Part shown: piece by piece, positions 30,884 through 43,273 of the stretch | How positions within the stretch are numbered: the stretch's first letter is position 1 | Layout of the letters: each line of letters begins with the position of its first letter | Program-made: the position numbers and the translations under genes | Notes under the pieces: generated by a model | Told to the model about the DNA's origin: nothing | Databases searched by the model: none | The model's input: only the letters and a program-made list of their open reading frames with translations | Source of the DNA: Bdellovibrionales bacterium | Lineage (GTDB): Bacteria; Bdellovibrionota; Bdellovibrionia; Bdellovibrionales; UBA1609 | Length of the DNA: 64,000 bases | Direction: 5' to 3' | Assembly (NCBI GenBank): GCA_965261545.1 | Contig: CBDHDF010000002.1 | Coordinates: 544,001 to 608,000, forward strand

Positions 30884-32301
30884 GGGTGTGCTAACGATAT
30901 ACTGTAGTATTTATGCAGCCACGGGATACCCATATTGATCAATTTTTTGCCAGAACTGACCCCATCGACAGTCCGTATGGCTTAAAGATCGTAAAGAAAT
31001 GACAGAAGCTGCTCCTTTCTCTTTCCACCTCATCCCAGAATTGCAAAGCCTTTGTTTTATTAATGTCTTACATGCTGCCTCTGTAACACCTGAGCCAATT
31101 GGAAGATTATTCTCCTGATTTTGTGCATATCTCATTTTAGACTTATTATTCTCAAAATATGTAATGGCAGACACTAACTCCCCTTTCTTGGCTTGACTCA
31201 GTCGATGAGTGTCTTTAAACCCCTTGAGCTCATTGAGTAAGCGGGTCGCTGCCCCTATATTATGCTTAAGCTTATGACATGCGTTATCAAGCCACTCCTT
31301 ACGTTCAGATTTTTTCTTGTCACCAGCAAACATAGCCCCCGCAGCCCTCCCCAAGTACTCTGATGCATGCCAAAAATCAATGGTCTGATTATCTGTTTTA
31401 CTCTTTAAATAATCCCAATTTGACTTGGTTCCATCTGCAATACCAATATAGGTAGACTTAGGGTGTCTCTCTTTTACCTGAGTCAACTCCTTCTCAAATC
31501 TTGAATAAAATTTACCCTTACCATACTCTGGTGTTGCTCCTACTTGAATCGTATGCATGCGACTTCCCTTATTGTCATATAAACTAATTGTTCCCACCAT
31601 GGCTTCTCGCCAACCATCTTCAACCATTAACATACAAGTGCCGTCTACTCCTACAGCAACACTATTCACCTTCTTGGGCATAGAGGGAAGATCATAGCTC
31701 CTTGATTCATCCTTTGCTAAAGCAACAGCTCCAACCGCATCACAAAGGTGCTTTAAGTAAGGTCTAGATATATTTCGACCATGACTCTCCTTCAAATCAA
31801 AAAGAACACGACTAGAACCCATATCTGAATATTTACTTGTAACCCATTTAGAAAAACCGGGTGTTGAAGTTAGAATAATTCGTGCATCCCTTTCCAATGG
31901 GCAAAACTGACGACCACCCTTAGAGCTTTGATAAACATGACGTTCTACATCGACTTCTCCCCACATTGTTTGGTAGGTCTTATTAACTCTACCTCTAGAA
32001 GTTAACTTACTGTCTCCTATAACAATTGGTGATCCATCTGCATCAAATCGACGTAAAGCTGATTGGGTAGCTATACAACCTGCTTCATTAAGGCCATCTC
32101 TTATCATCTCTTCTGTCTTTAACATTGAACTGGATAATGGAATTATCAACTCAATAGTGACTGAGTTTGAACTACTTGATTTTAACTTTGCCTTTGGTTT
32201 TGACATAATACCCTCCTTGGTCGTAAGTCCAGCTAAAATAAAGTATCCCAAGGAATAAGGTATTTGTCTACAAATAATTACAGTATATCATTAGCACACC
32301 C
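30884..32301 (-). mobile_element. ISKra4-family element, intact transposase (30911-32206)
   Basis: TIR gggtgtgctaa; VDGT, IADG, IDFWHASEYL and PIGSGVTEAACK motifs; RBS before MSKPK. Confidence 0.9.
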
Positions 32302-35300
32302 GTGCAGCCTTTCTCTCATTGTTATGGGCAAAGAGATCAAAATCCACAGGAATCTTCGACTGTAGTTGGTACAGGCAACTGACAAGACCTTGAGGGTACC
32401 ATGCTTTTTCCCATGGTTGCTGATACCCATTATCTACGAGTTGACGTGGTAAATTTATTTTCGATCCATCCACTGCGAAAACCTTATGGCCCTTCCATAA
32501 GGTACTAGAATTGGATATACCGTCTTGTTTAAGAATTTCATCATGCAAAACTTTAAATATATTTTCATCTACTTTAGCCCGTGCACTACACATAGTGGAT
32601 GCCCGAACTGTTTTAGGTTGAGGGAGTTCAATGTCTAATATGCGACACTGCTCCCAAAGTTCAATCAAAGTTGTATCATAACCTTGTTTTCCTTTAGAGA
32701 AAACAAGTCGGAAGATGAAAAGTATAATCAACAATGTATTCAAGACACGTTGACGCTTTTGCCAGGTTCGGTCGTACTCATCTGCAATGATAACCACTGT
32801 CTTGATGATGTTTTGCCAAAGATGCACAAAAGAGTCCTCTAGCATAGGCTCAGCCAAGTTCTTATGTGGCTTGATGGTGGGTTTCCCGACGGGTTTCTTG
32901 ATAGCGCATTGGGGGCCATTCAATAAGATAGACTGATAATTTTTTGTCAGAGGTTGAACATAAACACCTTTTTGAGTTTTTCCCTTTACATTTTTGTAGG
33001 CACGACTCCCATTTGTTTTGCCCAAATAAAGCCAGTTGGCAGCACGATAGCTCGTGGCATTAAATTTGGTAAGGTCGACAAAAGTCTCCATGAGTACAGG
33101 TTTGAAAGCATGTTTTAACTCCCAGTCTGTGGGAAGTTGGCGAGTTGCCATAGATAAAGCCATCGAAGCAAGATGGCGAACCTTTACCCAGGGAAAGATC
33201 AAAAATCGACTATTGTTCACCACTAAATTCAAGTGCTTTTTGTAAGCTCGATTTTGCCAACCGATCCATTCATCACGGCAAGGCAAAGTGGATGTGCCAG
33301 CTTCAAATAAAAGACAACCCAATTTCCGCCCACAATTATCTAGGATGAAATAGCGCAAATGGGGACCAAAGGGACGTCTGTAATTGAGATAATGATGCCG
33401 ATCGACAACTTCATTCCATTCCTTAATGGCCTCTTGATCAGTTACGATTTGCAAAGAAAGTGGGGTCAATGAGTCTAGTTTATCGTTGATGAGAGGCTTT
33501 TCATCTGTTCGGTGTGTCCAAGTGATTTTTTTGGAGGGGACACTCCGCTTTGACATGTCTTTTTCTGGCAGGGATAGAATGTCAAGTTCCTCTAGCGTCT
33601 CAAGCATACGAAGGCACGATTGGATGCGATGATCACCTTTGGGAGTTAGCCAACCAAGATGTTCACAAACTGTATAACCCAGTTCACGGCGACTTAAAGA
33701 AGGAAATAGCGCCACCGTCTTTTGAATGTCGGCAATTTGCTTGCGCGTCAAGCGTCTTCCAAAAAAAGTTGTTGAAGGCAATGTCTCTATGCGTGGGTCA
33801 GAAATTCCCGCCGAGCTTGAAAAAACATTGAAATTCCTCCAAATCTCAGTGTGAGAATTGCACTGCATCGAATAAGGTAAACCTCCCCGTCTTCGCCATT
33901 TAGAGGCGAATATCCAGACTTTAGTTTAGGGCAAATACGTTAAACTCTTTGGGGCACTTTGAGAGAAATGGCTGCTCATGATGTGTCGAAAACATCTGAG
34001 GCAGCAATAGGCTTAATCCCATAAGCCATTATGGCGAGGAGTTCCTGCCAATTTTTAAAGTATAGGGTATGGAAATACCCCCTCATATGATCCCATAGAT
34101 AAGATAGTCTCCTCTCTTTTTCTACCGCCTTTTGAAATAATTTACAGGCCAAATGTTGAAGTTGGTCCACTAAAAATACCAGCATCATAATCACGGCTAA
34201 ATTGTTACACAAATTTTGCTTGCCGTGGCCAAAATTGTGCTCAAAGTTGTAACCCAAATTCTTTAACGTATTAAATGTTTCATTTTCTATCTTCCAGCGT
34301 GCTCTTCCCCCCCTCATTATTTGCATTATGTTGTCTTCGTTGATCTCAATGTCAGTCACCCAGCTAAAGTGCTGAACCTTACCGTTTGCTTTCGTTTCTT
34401 TGTATTCAATAAAATTCACTCGACAATCAGGATTTGAATCATTGAGTGAAACATCATTTATGAATCGAAATTCATGTGTCACTCCATTCTCTACCACGGT
34501 GAAGTGAGAAACTGTTCCTAAGCTATCTGCTCCATTTACAAACTCAAATAAAACTTTGTGGTCTCCCATCTTACAGCCTAAAATATAACTTAATTTTAAT
34601 TCGTTAAGAAGAGTGATGTGAGGAGCATTGGAAGCCAATCCATCCTCAATAACAATCACTGGAAGGTGAGGGTGTTCCCTGCGAAAATCTTCAAGGAGTC
34701 GTTTGGCTGCATTACGCTCACAATCATTTTTGCTCGATCCATCTGTGTTTGAAATGGGCTCTGGAGCAATAGGTATAACCTGTTTCTTATCGGGGTGAAC
34801 AATCACTCCTGCTAACATTTGATGATAGTAGGTCTTCGTCTCATCACGATGATTCTTTATACAACAATTCTCACAATGAATAGTCGAGGAGCTAAAGGCG
34901 CCTGTTCCATCAATGCTGAGAAGATATTTTCCACCCAAATATGGGTAACCCTCCAAAACCTTCCCTCTTTGAGCTACGGTAAACAAAGATTTAAAAAAAT
35001 TTTGAAACTCACGGGTTGGAACAGGATCTAAAATCTCTCGCATAGCCGTATCACTAGGAATTTGGCCTATTTGAAACAAATGGTGTAGGTTGTTTTTTGC
35101 CACTGGGTCATGGACACGATCACAAAACTGAAGCATGGATGGATCTTTCAAGGCAAACATTGCCACAGATGACATAATGGCATCGCTCAGAGGAATCCTA
35201 TGGGGACGCTGCGATCTTATATCTGGAACTGCAAGAGATTTACTGTGTAACAGGGAATACATTCCTGAAGCGGATAGACCTTTTCTAAAATGTTGATGCG

Positions 35301-35623
35301 ACATGACGAACCCTCCTTGGTCTGATGTGCAACAACAAATATTCAAACAGATACTTAGGCAAAAGTCTACGAACTCTTTTTGAGGCGAATCTTTTGGAAG
35401 CCACTACTGTGGCCTAAACTATTTTTCGACGGGAATTGCTGTGCGTGGGTCCATTTGAGTCTCTCCCCTTTGGGAATGGTTCAAATATAATGTGACACAA
35501 CGATGGGGTGGACTCAAGTATTTTTTTTCGGAAAAAGAAAAAAGATAAAAGCCCCCTTAACTCAGTATGTTAGAGGGAGTCAGAAAAATGTGGAAAAACC
35601 TTCTGCAAAAACGAATGCCATTG
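32302..35623 (-). mobile_element. IS4-like element encoding a DUF4338 (DruA-like)-transposase fusion, split by ISNCY and truncated by ISKra4
   Basis: End caatggcattcg at 35623; start MDPRIE at 35454; RHHYL, IGW, NNSRFLIFPW, ETFVD, YRAANW, then VFAVDGSKINLP. Confidence 0.82.
33799..35441 (-). mobile_element. ISNCY-like element, intact transposase (33976-35304)
   Basis: TIR cagcaattccc / cagaaattccc; 9-bp TSD tgcgtgggt; IDGTG, KNDCERNAAKRLL and RARWKIENETFNTLK motifs. Confidence 0.88.
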
Positions 35624-35700
35624 TTCTTTGGGGGTCTCTACAACAAAAAGGGCATTGACAAAAAGTAACAAAAACATTACTTTAGGAATGAGGGGGATGC

Positions 35701-36030
35701 ATGAAGAAAGTTGAAATGTACCAGTCTTCTCGTGGGAATGTCCCTTTTGAAGATTGGCTAATGAGGCTTCCTGAAAGCACCCAAGTACGAATTTTTAAGT
35801 ACATCAAACGGGTTGCTGCTGGTGGCTCCAAAAAGAATATTAAATATCTTGGAGATAGCATTTTTGAAATTAAAATGAACTATGCATCCGGTTACCGGGT
35901 ATATTTTAGCGAACTTGGGAATGTCATCATTTTGCTTCTTTTAGGTGGTGATAAGTCTACCCAAAAAAGAGATATCATAACGGCAAAAAAATATTGGAGG
36001 TTATACAATGAAGAGAACGAAGTCCTTTGA
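35701..36030 (+). CDS. RelE/ParE-superfamily (HigB-like) toxin
   Basis: PFEDWL..L, K.LGD.IFEIK, GYRVYF, ILLLLGGDKSTQKRDI..AK.YW; upstream of and overlapping an HTH gene. Confidence 0.9.
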   Translation: MKKVEMYQSSRGNVPFEDWLMRLPESTQVRIFKYIKRVAAGGSKKNIKYLGDSIFEIKMNYASGYRVYFSELGNVIILLLLGGDKSTQKRDIITAKKYWRLYNEENEVL

Positions 36031-36304
36031 TAAGATGTTATCTAAGAAACTCCACAATCCTAAGTTTGCAAGAGAGTATATTATGGCATCCATGGAAGGA
36101 GAGGAAGCACAGACTCTTATTGAAGCTATGATAGAAGTTATAAATGTTATGGGACATAAAGAGTTTGCGGAACTTGTAGGAATAGAAAGGGCTGCCATCT
36201 CAAGAATTTCAAAGAATGGGGACATTCCAAAAATTGAAACTCTTAATAATCTTCTCGCACCTTTTCGGCTAAGGGCAAAGCTTGATGTTGAAGAAGTGGC
36301 TTAA
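36008..36304 (+). CDS. HTH antitoxin of toxin-first TA module
   Basis: L.NPKFAREY, EFAELVGIERAAISRI, P.IETLNNLL (Xre-like HTH). Confidence 0.85.
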   Translation: MKRTKSFDKMLSKKLHNPKFAREYIMASMEGEEAQTLIEAMIEVINVMGHKEFAELVGIERAAISRISKNGDIPKIETLNNLLAPFRLRAKLDVEEVA

Positions 36305-36468
36305 TCCTTCTATGGGATTTGAAGACCTCCAAAAGAGGCTCAGAGAAATACCTCGAGGGTATTTTTACTACCATTGGGAAGGTATAGGACTTTGTCTCTG
36401 AAAGGTCCTTACTGCCAAGGTGGGGAGGCCCATTTGAAAGGGTATGCCCAATAGAACTTGGTAGATTT

Positions 36469-37748
36469 TGAGGTGGACCCCAATGTCAGACTGAAAAACT
36501 TGATTTTTAAGCTACACCACAGCGCACAAAGAAGCCCCGTGTTAATGTGTTAAATCCACCTCTCCCATATGCACCTGATAAGGGGTGCAATCCTGAAGAG
36601 ACTGGTGTGGCCTTTTATTATTATAAAAATTAAAATACGTTTTAAAACCTTTGTTGGCTTGAACCATTGATTTGTCTTGATAGCCTTTCAAGTAAACCTC
36701 TTCGTACTTAACAGACCGCCAAAGCCGCTCGATCATAATGTTGTCTAAACACCTGCCTTTGCCGTCCATACTGATCGAGATTCCATGATTTTTCAATAAT
36801 TTTGTGAAAACCTCAGAAGTGAATTGGCACCCTTGATCAGTATTGACGATATCAGGGCAACCAAATGTTTCTATGGCTTCCTCAAAGACTTCTAAACAAA
36901 AAGTTGTCTCAAGGCTATTAGAAAGTCTCCAAGACAGAACAAATCGGCTAAACCAATCTATCACAGCTACCAAGTAAGCAAAGCCACCAGACAACCTTAT
37001 AAAAGTAATATCAGTAGCCCACACTTGGTTGGGGGAGCAGATATTAAGCCCCTTAAGTAGGTAGGGATAAACCTTATGCTGATGGTTTCGCTGACTGGTG
37101 TTTGGACCTGGGAAGATAGCGAAAAGACACATCTTTTCCATGAGCCGCTGAATCCTCTTGCGGTTGACCCCATGGCCATTAAGTCTTAAGTGAGCTGCCA
37201 TTTTACGGCTCCCATAAAAAGGGGTCTCCAAGTACTGTTTGTCAATTAAACTCATCAGTTTTAAGTTGTAGGCACTCTCAGGTATGGGCTTGTAGTACAA
37301 GGCTCCCTTAGAGAGTCCTAGCAACTCACATTGGCGAGTGACACAAATATTTGGATGTTTCCAATTGATAGCGGCTTTTTTCTCAGGCATTGAAGCTCTC
37401 AGATTTTTTTTTTAACCAATCATTTTCAACCTTTAACTGCCCTATTTGCCGATACAATTCATCAATGGTTTTTCTTTGTTCTTCTACCTCGTTGTTGTCC
37501 TTTTTTTTGCTCGCTAAGGCCTTAGGAATGGCTTCAATAGCTTGCTTCTTCCAATCTTGGATTTGGATGCGGTGAACTCCATGCTTGGAGGCCAACTCTG
37601 CCATTGTGTCAGTCTCACGAATGGCGTCAAGTGCGACTCTGGCCTTAAATTGTGCGCTGTGTTTCTTTCTCATTATCCCCTCCTATGAGGGGCTTTTTAC
37701 CCGCTGCGGTGTAACTTAGCAACCAGTCTGTTTTTGGGGTCCACTATA
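36469..37748 (-). mobile_element. IS3-family element copy
   Basis: 1280 bp with the same TIRs; TSD TTT. Confidence 0.95.
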
Positions 37749-37878
37749 TTTCCCACCACCGGGGCCTCCCTTTGGAGAATCTTGTATGATACGGCATAGT
37801 TTAGCCGCCCAAGTCCTCCATATGATTCTGAGGATTATTATAAAATAATCGTCTCTGTCAAGGGAATGTAATCATTCG

Positions 37879-38356
37879 CAGAAATTCCCGCCGAGCTTGA
37901 AAAAACATTGAAATTCCTCCAAATCTCAGTGTGAGAATTGCACTGCATCGAATAAGGTAAACCTCCCCGTCTTCGCCATTTAGAGGCGAATATCCAGACT
38001 TTAGTTTAGGGCAAATACGTTAAACTCTTTGGGGCACTTTGAGAGAAATGGCTGCTCATGATGTGTCGAAAACATCTGAGGCAGCAATAGGCTTAATCCC
38101 ATAAGCCATTATGGCGAGGAGTTCCTGCCAATTTTTAAAGTATAGGGTATGGAAATACCCCCTCATATGATCCCATAGATAAGATAGTCTCCTCTCTTTT
38201 TCTACCGCCTTTTGAAATAATTTACAGGCCAAATGTTGAAGTTGGTCCACTAAAAATACCAGCATCATAATCACGGCTAAATTGTTACACAAATTTTGCT
38301 TGCCGTGGCCAAAATTGTGCTCAAAGTTGTAACCCAAATTCTTTAACGTATTAAAT
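37879..38356 (-). mobile_element. ISNCY-like 3' end fragment
   Basis: Identical to 33799-34276. Confidence 0.88.
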
Positions 38357-38570
38357 CCCGAGTTTGACAGCAGCATCGTATTGGGTCATAAGTAAACGAC
38401 ACCAAGGAGCGGTTTGTCATTTTGCTCATCTTATGCCACCTCCTTGATATTTTCCTGTCGTACTAATTTGAAAAACTCTTTAAGTTTTAGTTCAAGTCCC
38501 CTCTTTAGCTCAAAGGGGTTGAGTTCAGCTTTACGCCTCCTCAGTGCTTCATCCTCCTCATGGTTTAATA

Positions 38571-41500
38571 CCTGAATTCTACAAAAATGGTAACAAGGAT
38601 TCTGGCCTAAGGTCCTGACATTGTGAAGCGACGGCTGGGATTAATATTTGTACTTACATTGAACGCCTTCAAAATATCTTTTTGCTTTTTTGACACTTCA
38701 CCAAGTATGGGAGTGCCTGTGGCTAGCTCATACAACTTGAGACGGTCTAATATCTTATAAAGTTCGGCTTTTGTCATTTTTTTGTATAGCTCATTTTTCT
38801 TCATCACATGATCAACCCATGTAATCAAAATTAAAGAGATAAAATTAATGAAAATACTTCCTCTCATTGCGATCAACGAATGTGTCCTATTTCTTTTCTC
38901 ATCTATGTCATGCTTAAAAGCACGAAAAACTTTTTCTACACAATCTTTTCTTCTATATAATCTTAAAATTTCATCCCGATCCATTTGAATGTTATTAGTG
39001 ATGAGAATCAAGCAGCCCATCTTTATCATCTCATCTCGAAAAACATTGAGGTTTCTCTCAATTACAAATTTATTCTCGGATTCTTCAATGAAAAAAAAAT
39101 TTTTCTTAGTTTTTAATGTCTCTTTCAAATAAAGAGATGCATCATCCTTACTTGAAAAATTTTTTTCTAAAAAAAGATTTTCTAAATCTGATATCTTTCT
39201 TATAAAAATAGACTCCTGATCAGACCGCCTCTTACCTTCTAAAAAAACATGAGCCATACAACTTTCACTTCCAATTTCTATTTCTTTCTTAGAGTAGGAG
39301 TATACTTGCTCATAGAAAGCAAATAATGATCCAGGAGATAATAACTTGTCATGCAAGTCAAATAAAATTTCTTTAGATTTCTGAGTGCTGAAGCTCATAG
39401 GAACTATATAGCTCAAGCCTTGTTTGTTCATATTCTTTATGTTTTCTTGACTATAAAACCCTTTGTCCATCACTAAAATATCAAGATTTAACTTATATCT
39501 ACCCACAAGATCTGTTACATTCCTCAGTGTCGTTACATCCTGTTAGGCGCCAATTAAAATTGGCCATTTTTAGAAGCCGTCGCCAATGAAAAACGGCCAG
39601 TTGATGATGTACTGATTTAGTTATTCTTCGTTCAGAGTTTAGTCAAGTGTCTTTATTTTGCTCATCATTTAACTCGGACTATGCCACAAGATTCTGAGGA
39701 ATGATTTTCTGCCCACCACTTTTGGCATGACCCCAAATGCATCCTTCAGCCCTATGGCAGAGGTAAATGGAGTATTTTTCAGGATTCCTTGGCGCAGCTA
39801 ATGTCTAAAGCTCCGCGAGAGTGACGAGCAAATAGTACGGTAAAAGCCAGTTATCCATAAATTTATCCATGGCGACACTGCGGCTGTGACCCCGATGTCT
39901 AGCAACGCAGTGCTGCTGTGGATAAATTTTGTGGATAACTGGCGAGTTCCTTCCCCAAAAGTGGGGATCTCTAATGAACTTCTTTGGTTGAACTTTCCTC
40001 TTTGCTCTGTTTAGACTTGGCTTTTGCCGATTCGGTTCTCCAACTTTCTTTTCCTTCAATGTTGAGGGTTTCACAGTTGTGAATGATTCGATCAACAGCA
40101 GCAGCGGTGGTAATAGGGTTAAGAAACACCTTATCCCATTCAGAGTATGTTAAGTTTGTAGTGATCATGAGACTTTTCCTTTCATATCGCTGAGATATGA
40201 ATTGAAAGAAAAGATCTGCCCCCTCTGCAGGAAGCTGTATAGCCAAGTTCATCACAAGCAATAAGATCAAAACGGTCTAATTTCTTAAAAAGAGCATTCA
40301 ATGAGAGTTCTTTCTTGCTTTCACGCATTGTTTCAATAAGTTCATGAGTGGTGACCCATAAACATCGATAGCCTTGTTCACAGAGTGAACGAACTAGGGA
40401 CATGGCCAAATGACTTTTCCCCATTCCAAAGCTTCCGTAAAACACAACATTACAGGCTTTTCTGACCCACTCTCCCTCTGCCATCCAATTAATTTGCTGA
40501 GCTGTCACTCCCGTTCTTTTCTGGAAGTTATAAGTTTGGAGTGATTTAAGTTGAGGAAGCTTGGCCCCCTTAAGCAATCTTTTCACTCTCTGGGAATGCT
40601 TGTCAGCAAGCTCATTTTGAACGAGTATACCTAAATACTGTTCATACGTCTTTTTTGTTTTTTCGGCAACTCTAGCCGTTGCAACATATTCATCCGCCAT
40701 CGCTGGAAGTCGGAGTTTTTTAAGAGAACCTATAAGTTCTTCGTGATTCATTAAGAACCTCCTATGTTTGGAACAAGACTGTCATATTGAGACAATCTAG
40801 GTTGAAGTGGTTTTTGTTGGTCATTCAAATTAATTTTGGTGGGATTGCCTAAGAGCAAATCTTTTATGGATTTAAAGTCGAAAATCTCACGACTTTCTAA
40901 TTGAAGCTCCATGGCTGTAGATAAGTCCTGCCAACTCACATGCTGAATCAAGTTGATAACTCTTAAATATTCATGCTCGGCACGGCTTGAATCTTGTTGC
41001 TTGAGGTATTGATAAAAATTTTCAAACACATTTGTTGGAAAAAGAATGGATCGGTGAGCCCATCTTACCATGGCTTGCGGCTTACGAACTAAAGAGGGAA
41101 GGATATGTTCAAGAAGAAGACTATGCTCCCCATCAGGTTTTCTTTGATGGCGAGCGACAATTTCTTGCTTCCCTCCTGCACGATAGATCGTGACATGATA
41201 GGGACCCTGTACGGTTTTACAGGGAGCTTGGATCACCTCATCAGGTATGGAATATGTGGTTTTACCTATTCTCAAAGTCCCATAACCATTACTTTGACAA
41301 ATATTCACCTTACAGAGAATATCTTCATCTCGTGGAGGCAAAGGCTTAAGAACTTTGGCCTCCTCCTCAAAGCGAGATTTGGTGGAGTCACTCTGATGCT
41401 GATCCATATAAGACTCTAAAAACTGATTCAAATGATCCCAGTCTTTAAAAACAATTCCTTTGTTTCTAACAATATTTTTTATCCGAGAACTGAAGGTTCG

Positions 41501-43273
41501 AATATCACGCTCCACATCTCCCTTGTCAGAGCCCTTCCCTGCGCGGCAGGGAAGAACCTTAAATCCATAGTATTGGATGGCTCGATCAAAAGATTGGGTG
41601 TAAATTCGCTGATTTCCTTTAAGAACTTTCTTCACACAGGGAGATAAATTATCAATACGGATGTTCGCACTCATCCCACCTATCTTTTCAAAAAAAGCAT
41701 GCACCCCATCGATGAAACACTCATAGACAAGAAAGGGGTAGGCACGAACCCAACAGGTGCCACTACAAGGCAATGTTCCAAAATGGAGATGAACGATCTG
41801 AACACCATCGGCAAATGGTAAAGCAACCTTCTCCTTAAAATCAAACTGAGCCTGTTCTCCAGGATCATATCTTTGGCTGAAAAAACGCTCCTTGGGGCGA
41901 GAACCAAGAATCTCACACACTCTTCTCTGAACCGTTCTCTCACTCCCACGATAACCCTCCTCAACTAATAGCTCATATATTTCACGGGCGGTGTTACTTG
42001 GGTTCAACTTCAAAAAGTACTTCACCCGATCCATATATCCATTAAGGGGATCTGGGCGAGTTCTTTTGGACCTCGCCTTGTACTTCGGTGGGGTGTTGGA
42101 CTCACAGTACTTGCGCACCGTCTTACGATTGATCCCTAATTCACGAGATATTTCTGTCTTATTTTTACCACTGTGACTCAGGTCACGAATGCGGCCGAAA
42201 GTGTATTGACTAATCATAAGATCCTCCTCATTGCTAACCTTTTGAGTTGCAAGAGGGAGGGACTCTGTGAGCTTAGTATCTATATCAGAAGAAGAGACTT
42301 CATTGTCTAGTATTTGAACACTCCCTGAAGATTGGTCACTTTTCATTGGCGACAACCTCCATATTGAAAGTGGGACATTTTAATTGGCGACGGCTTTAAG
42401 GGAAGCCTGTCTTTAGAAAGAAATTCCATGAAAATTGAGGCAAATGTTGGAATCTTGTGGAATTTAAATACTTTAGAAAATGGGCACAGCCTAAACAGGC
42501 TTTTCTTGACTATATATTTAACCTCATTGAAATCCAGAAACAGTCTACAAATGACAAATATGGAACCTGAATAGGCTGTCATGGAAGGACTCTCCAACAC
42601 GGAGCCCCTTTCCAGGTCGACAAGAACCCAAAAGGAGTTCTTATCAGCTCGGAGCCTTTTTATGAGTAATATCAATTGATTATATGCGTCTCGGTTGACA
42701 ATGCCAAAAATCACCATAGGTCCTCCTCTGAAAAGTGGCCACTTTTCATTGGCGACGGTGGGGCATTTTAATTGTCAGCTAACACATCCGTAATACTGCC
42801 AGGGTATACCCTGTAAGCTAAAGGTAAGCCTATTGAATTAGTGCTGGAAGCTCGTGCAATCAAACCCAAATTTACTTGTTCTAAATTTTCGCCATCTCTA
42901 TTGTAACCTCGTTCCAAAAATTCATTTTTGGACCCATAAGAAGAAATAGATGTAATATCAAATAGGATAGAGCCAGTAGATTTAAGCTCTTTTATCCAAT
43001 TTGTAAAAAAAATATCTATTTTTTTCTCGTCTTGACCAATAGAGTGTAAAAGTCTACTAGTTTTGGTCGATCCCATAGAAATTTCTTTGGAAACGTAAGA
43101 CTCTTCACACCAAGACTTATAAAAATAATAAGGCTCTTTCTTTATAATCTTAAAACATGACAAATGAAGAATCTTTTCATATTCCTCAGGAAAAACTTGT
43201 TTGACAACTTTAAGTAGTTTGGATTGTTTACAAATTTCTTTCAGAAAATATAAAGATCCAACAGTATAGGAGC
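38571..43273 (-). mobile_element. IS1634-family element, transposase split by IS21 type B and 5'-truncated by IS4
   Basis: End cctgaattct; ORFs 42768-43163 and 38607-39506 join across the insertion (FDITSISSYGS, GYNRDGE, DKGFYS). Confidence 0.88.
39541..42784 (-). mobile_element. IS21-family type B, complete ends (istA 40751-42217; istB frameshifted)
   Basis: tgttag...ctaaca ends; 5-bp TSD catcc; istA PGEQAQFDF, DN, KGDVER; istB GSFGMGKS, DELGY. Confidence 0.92.
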
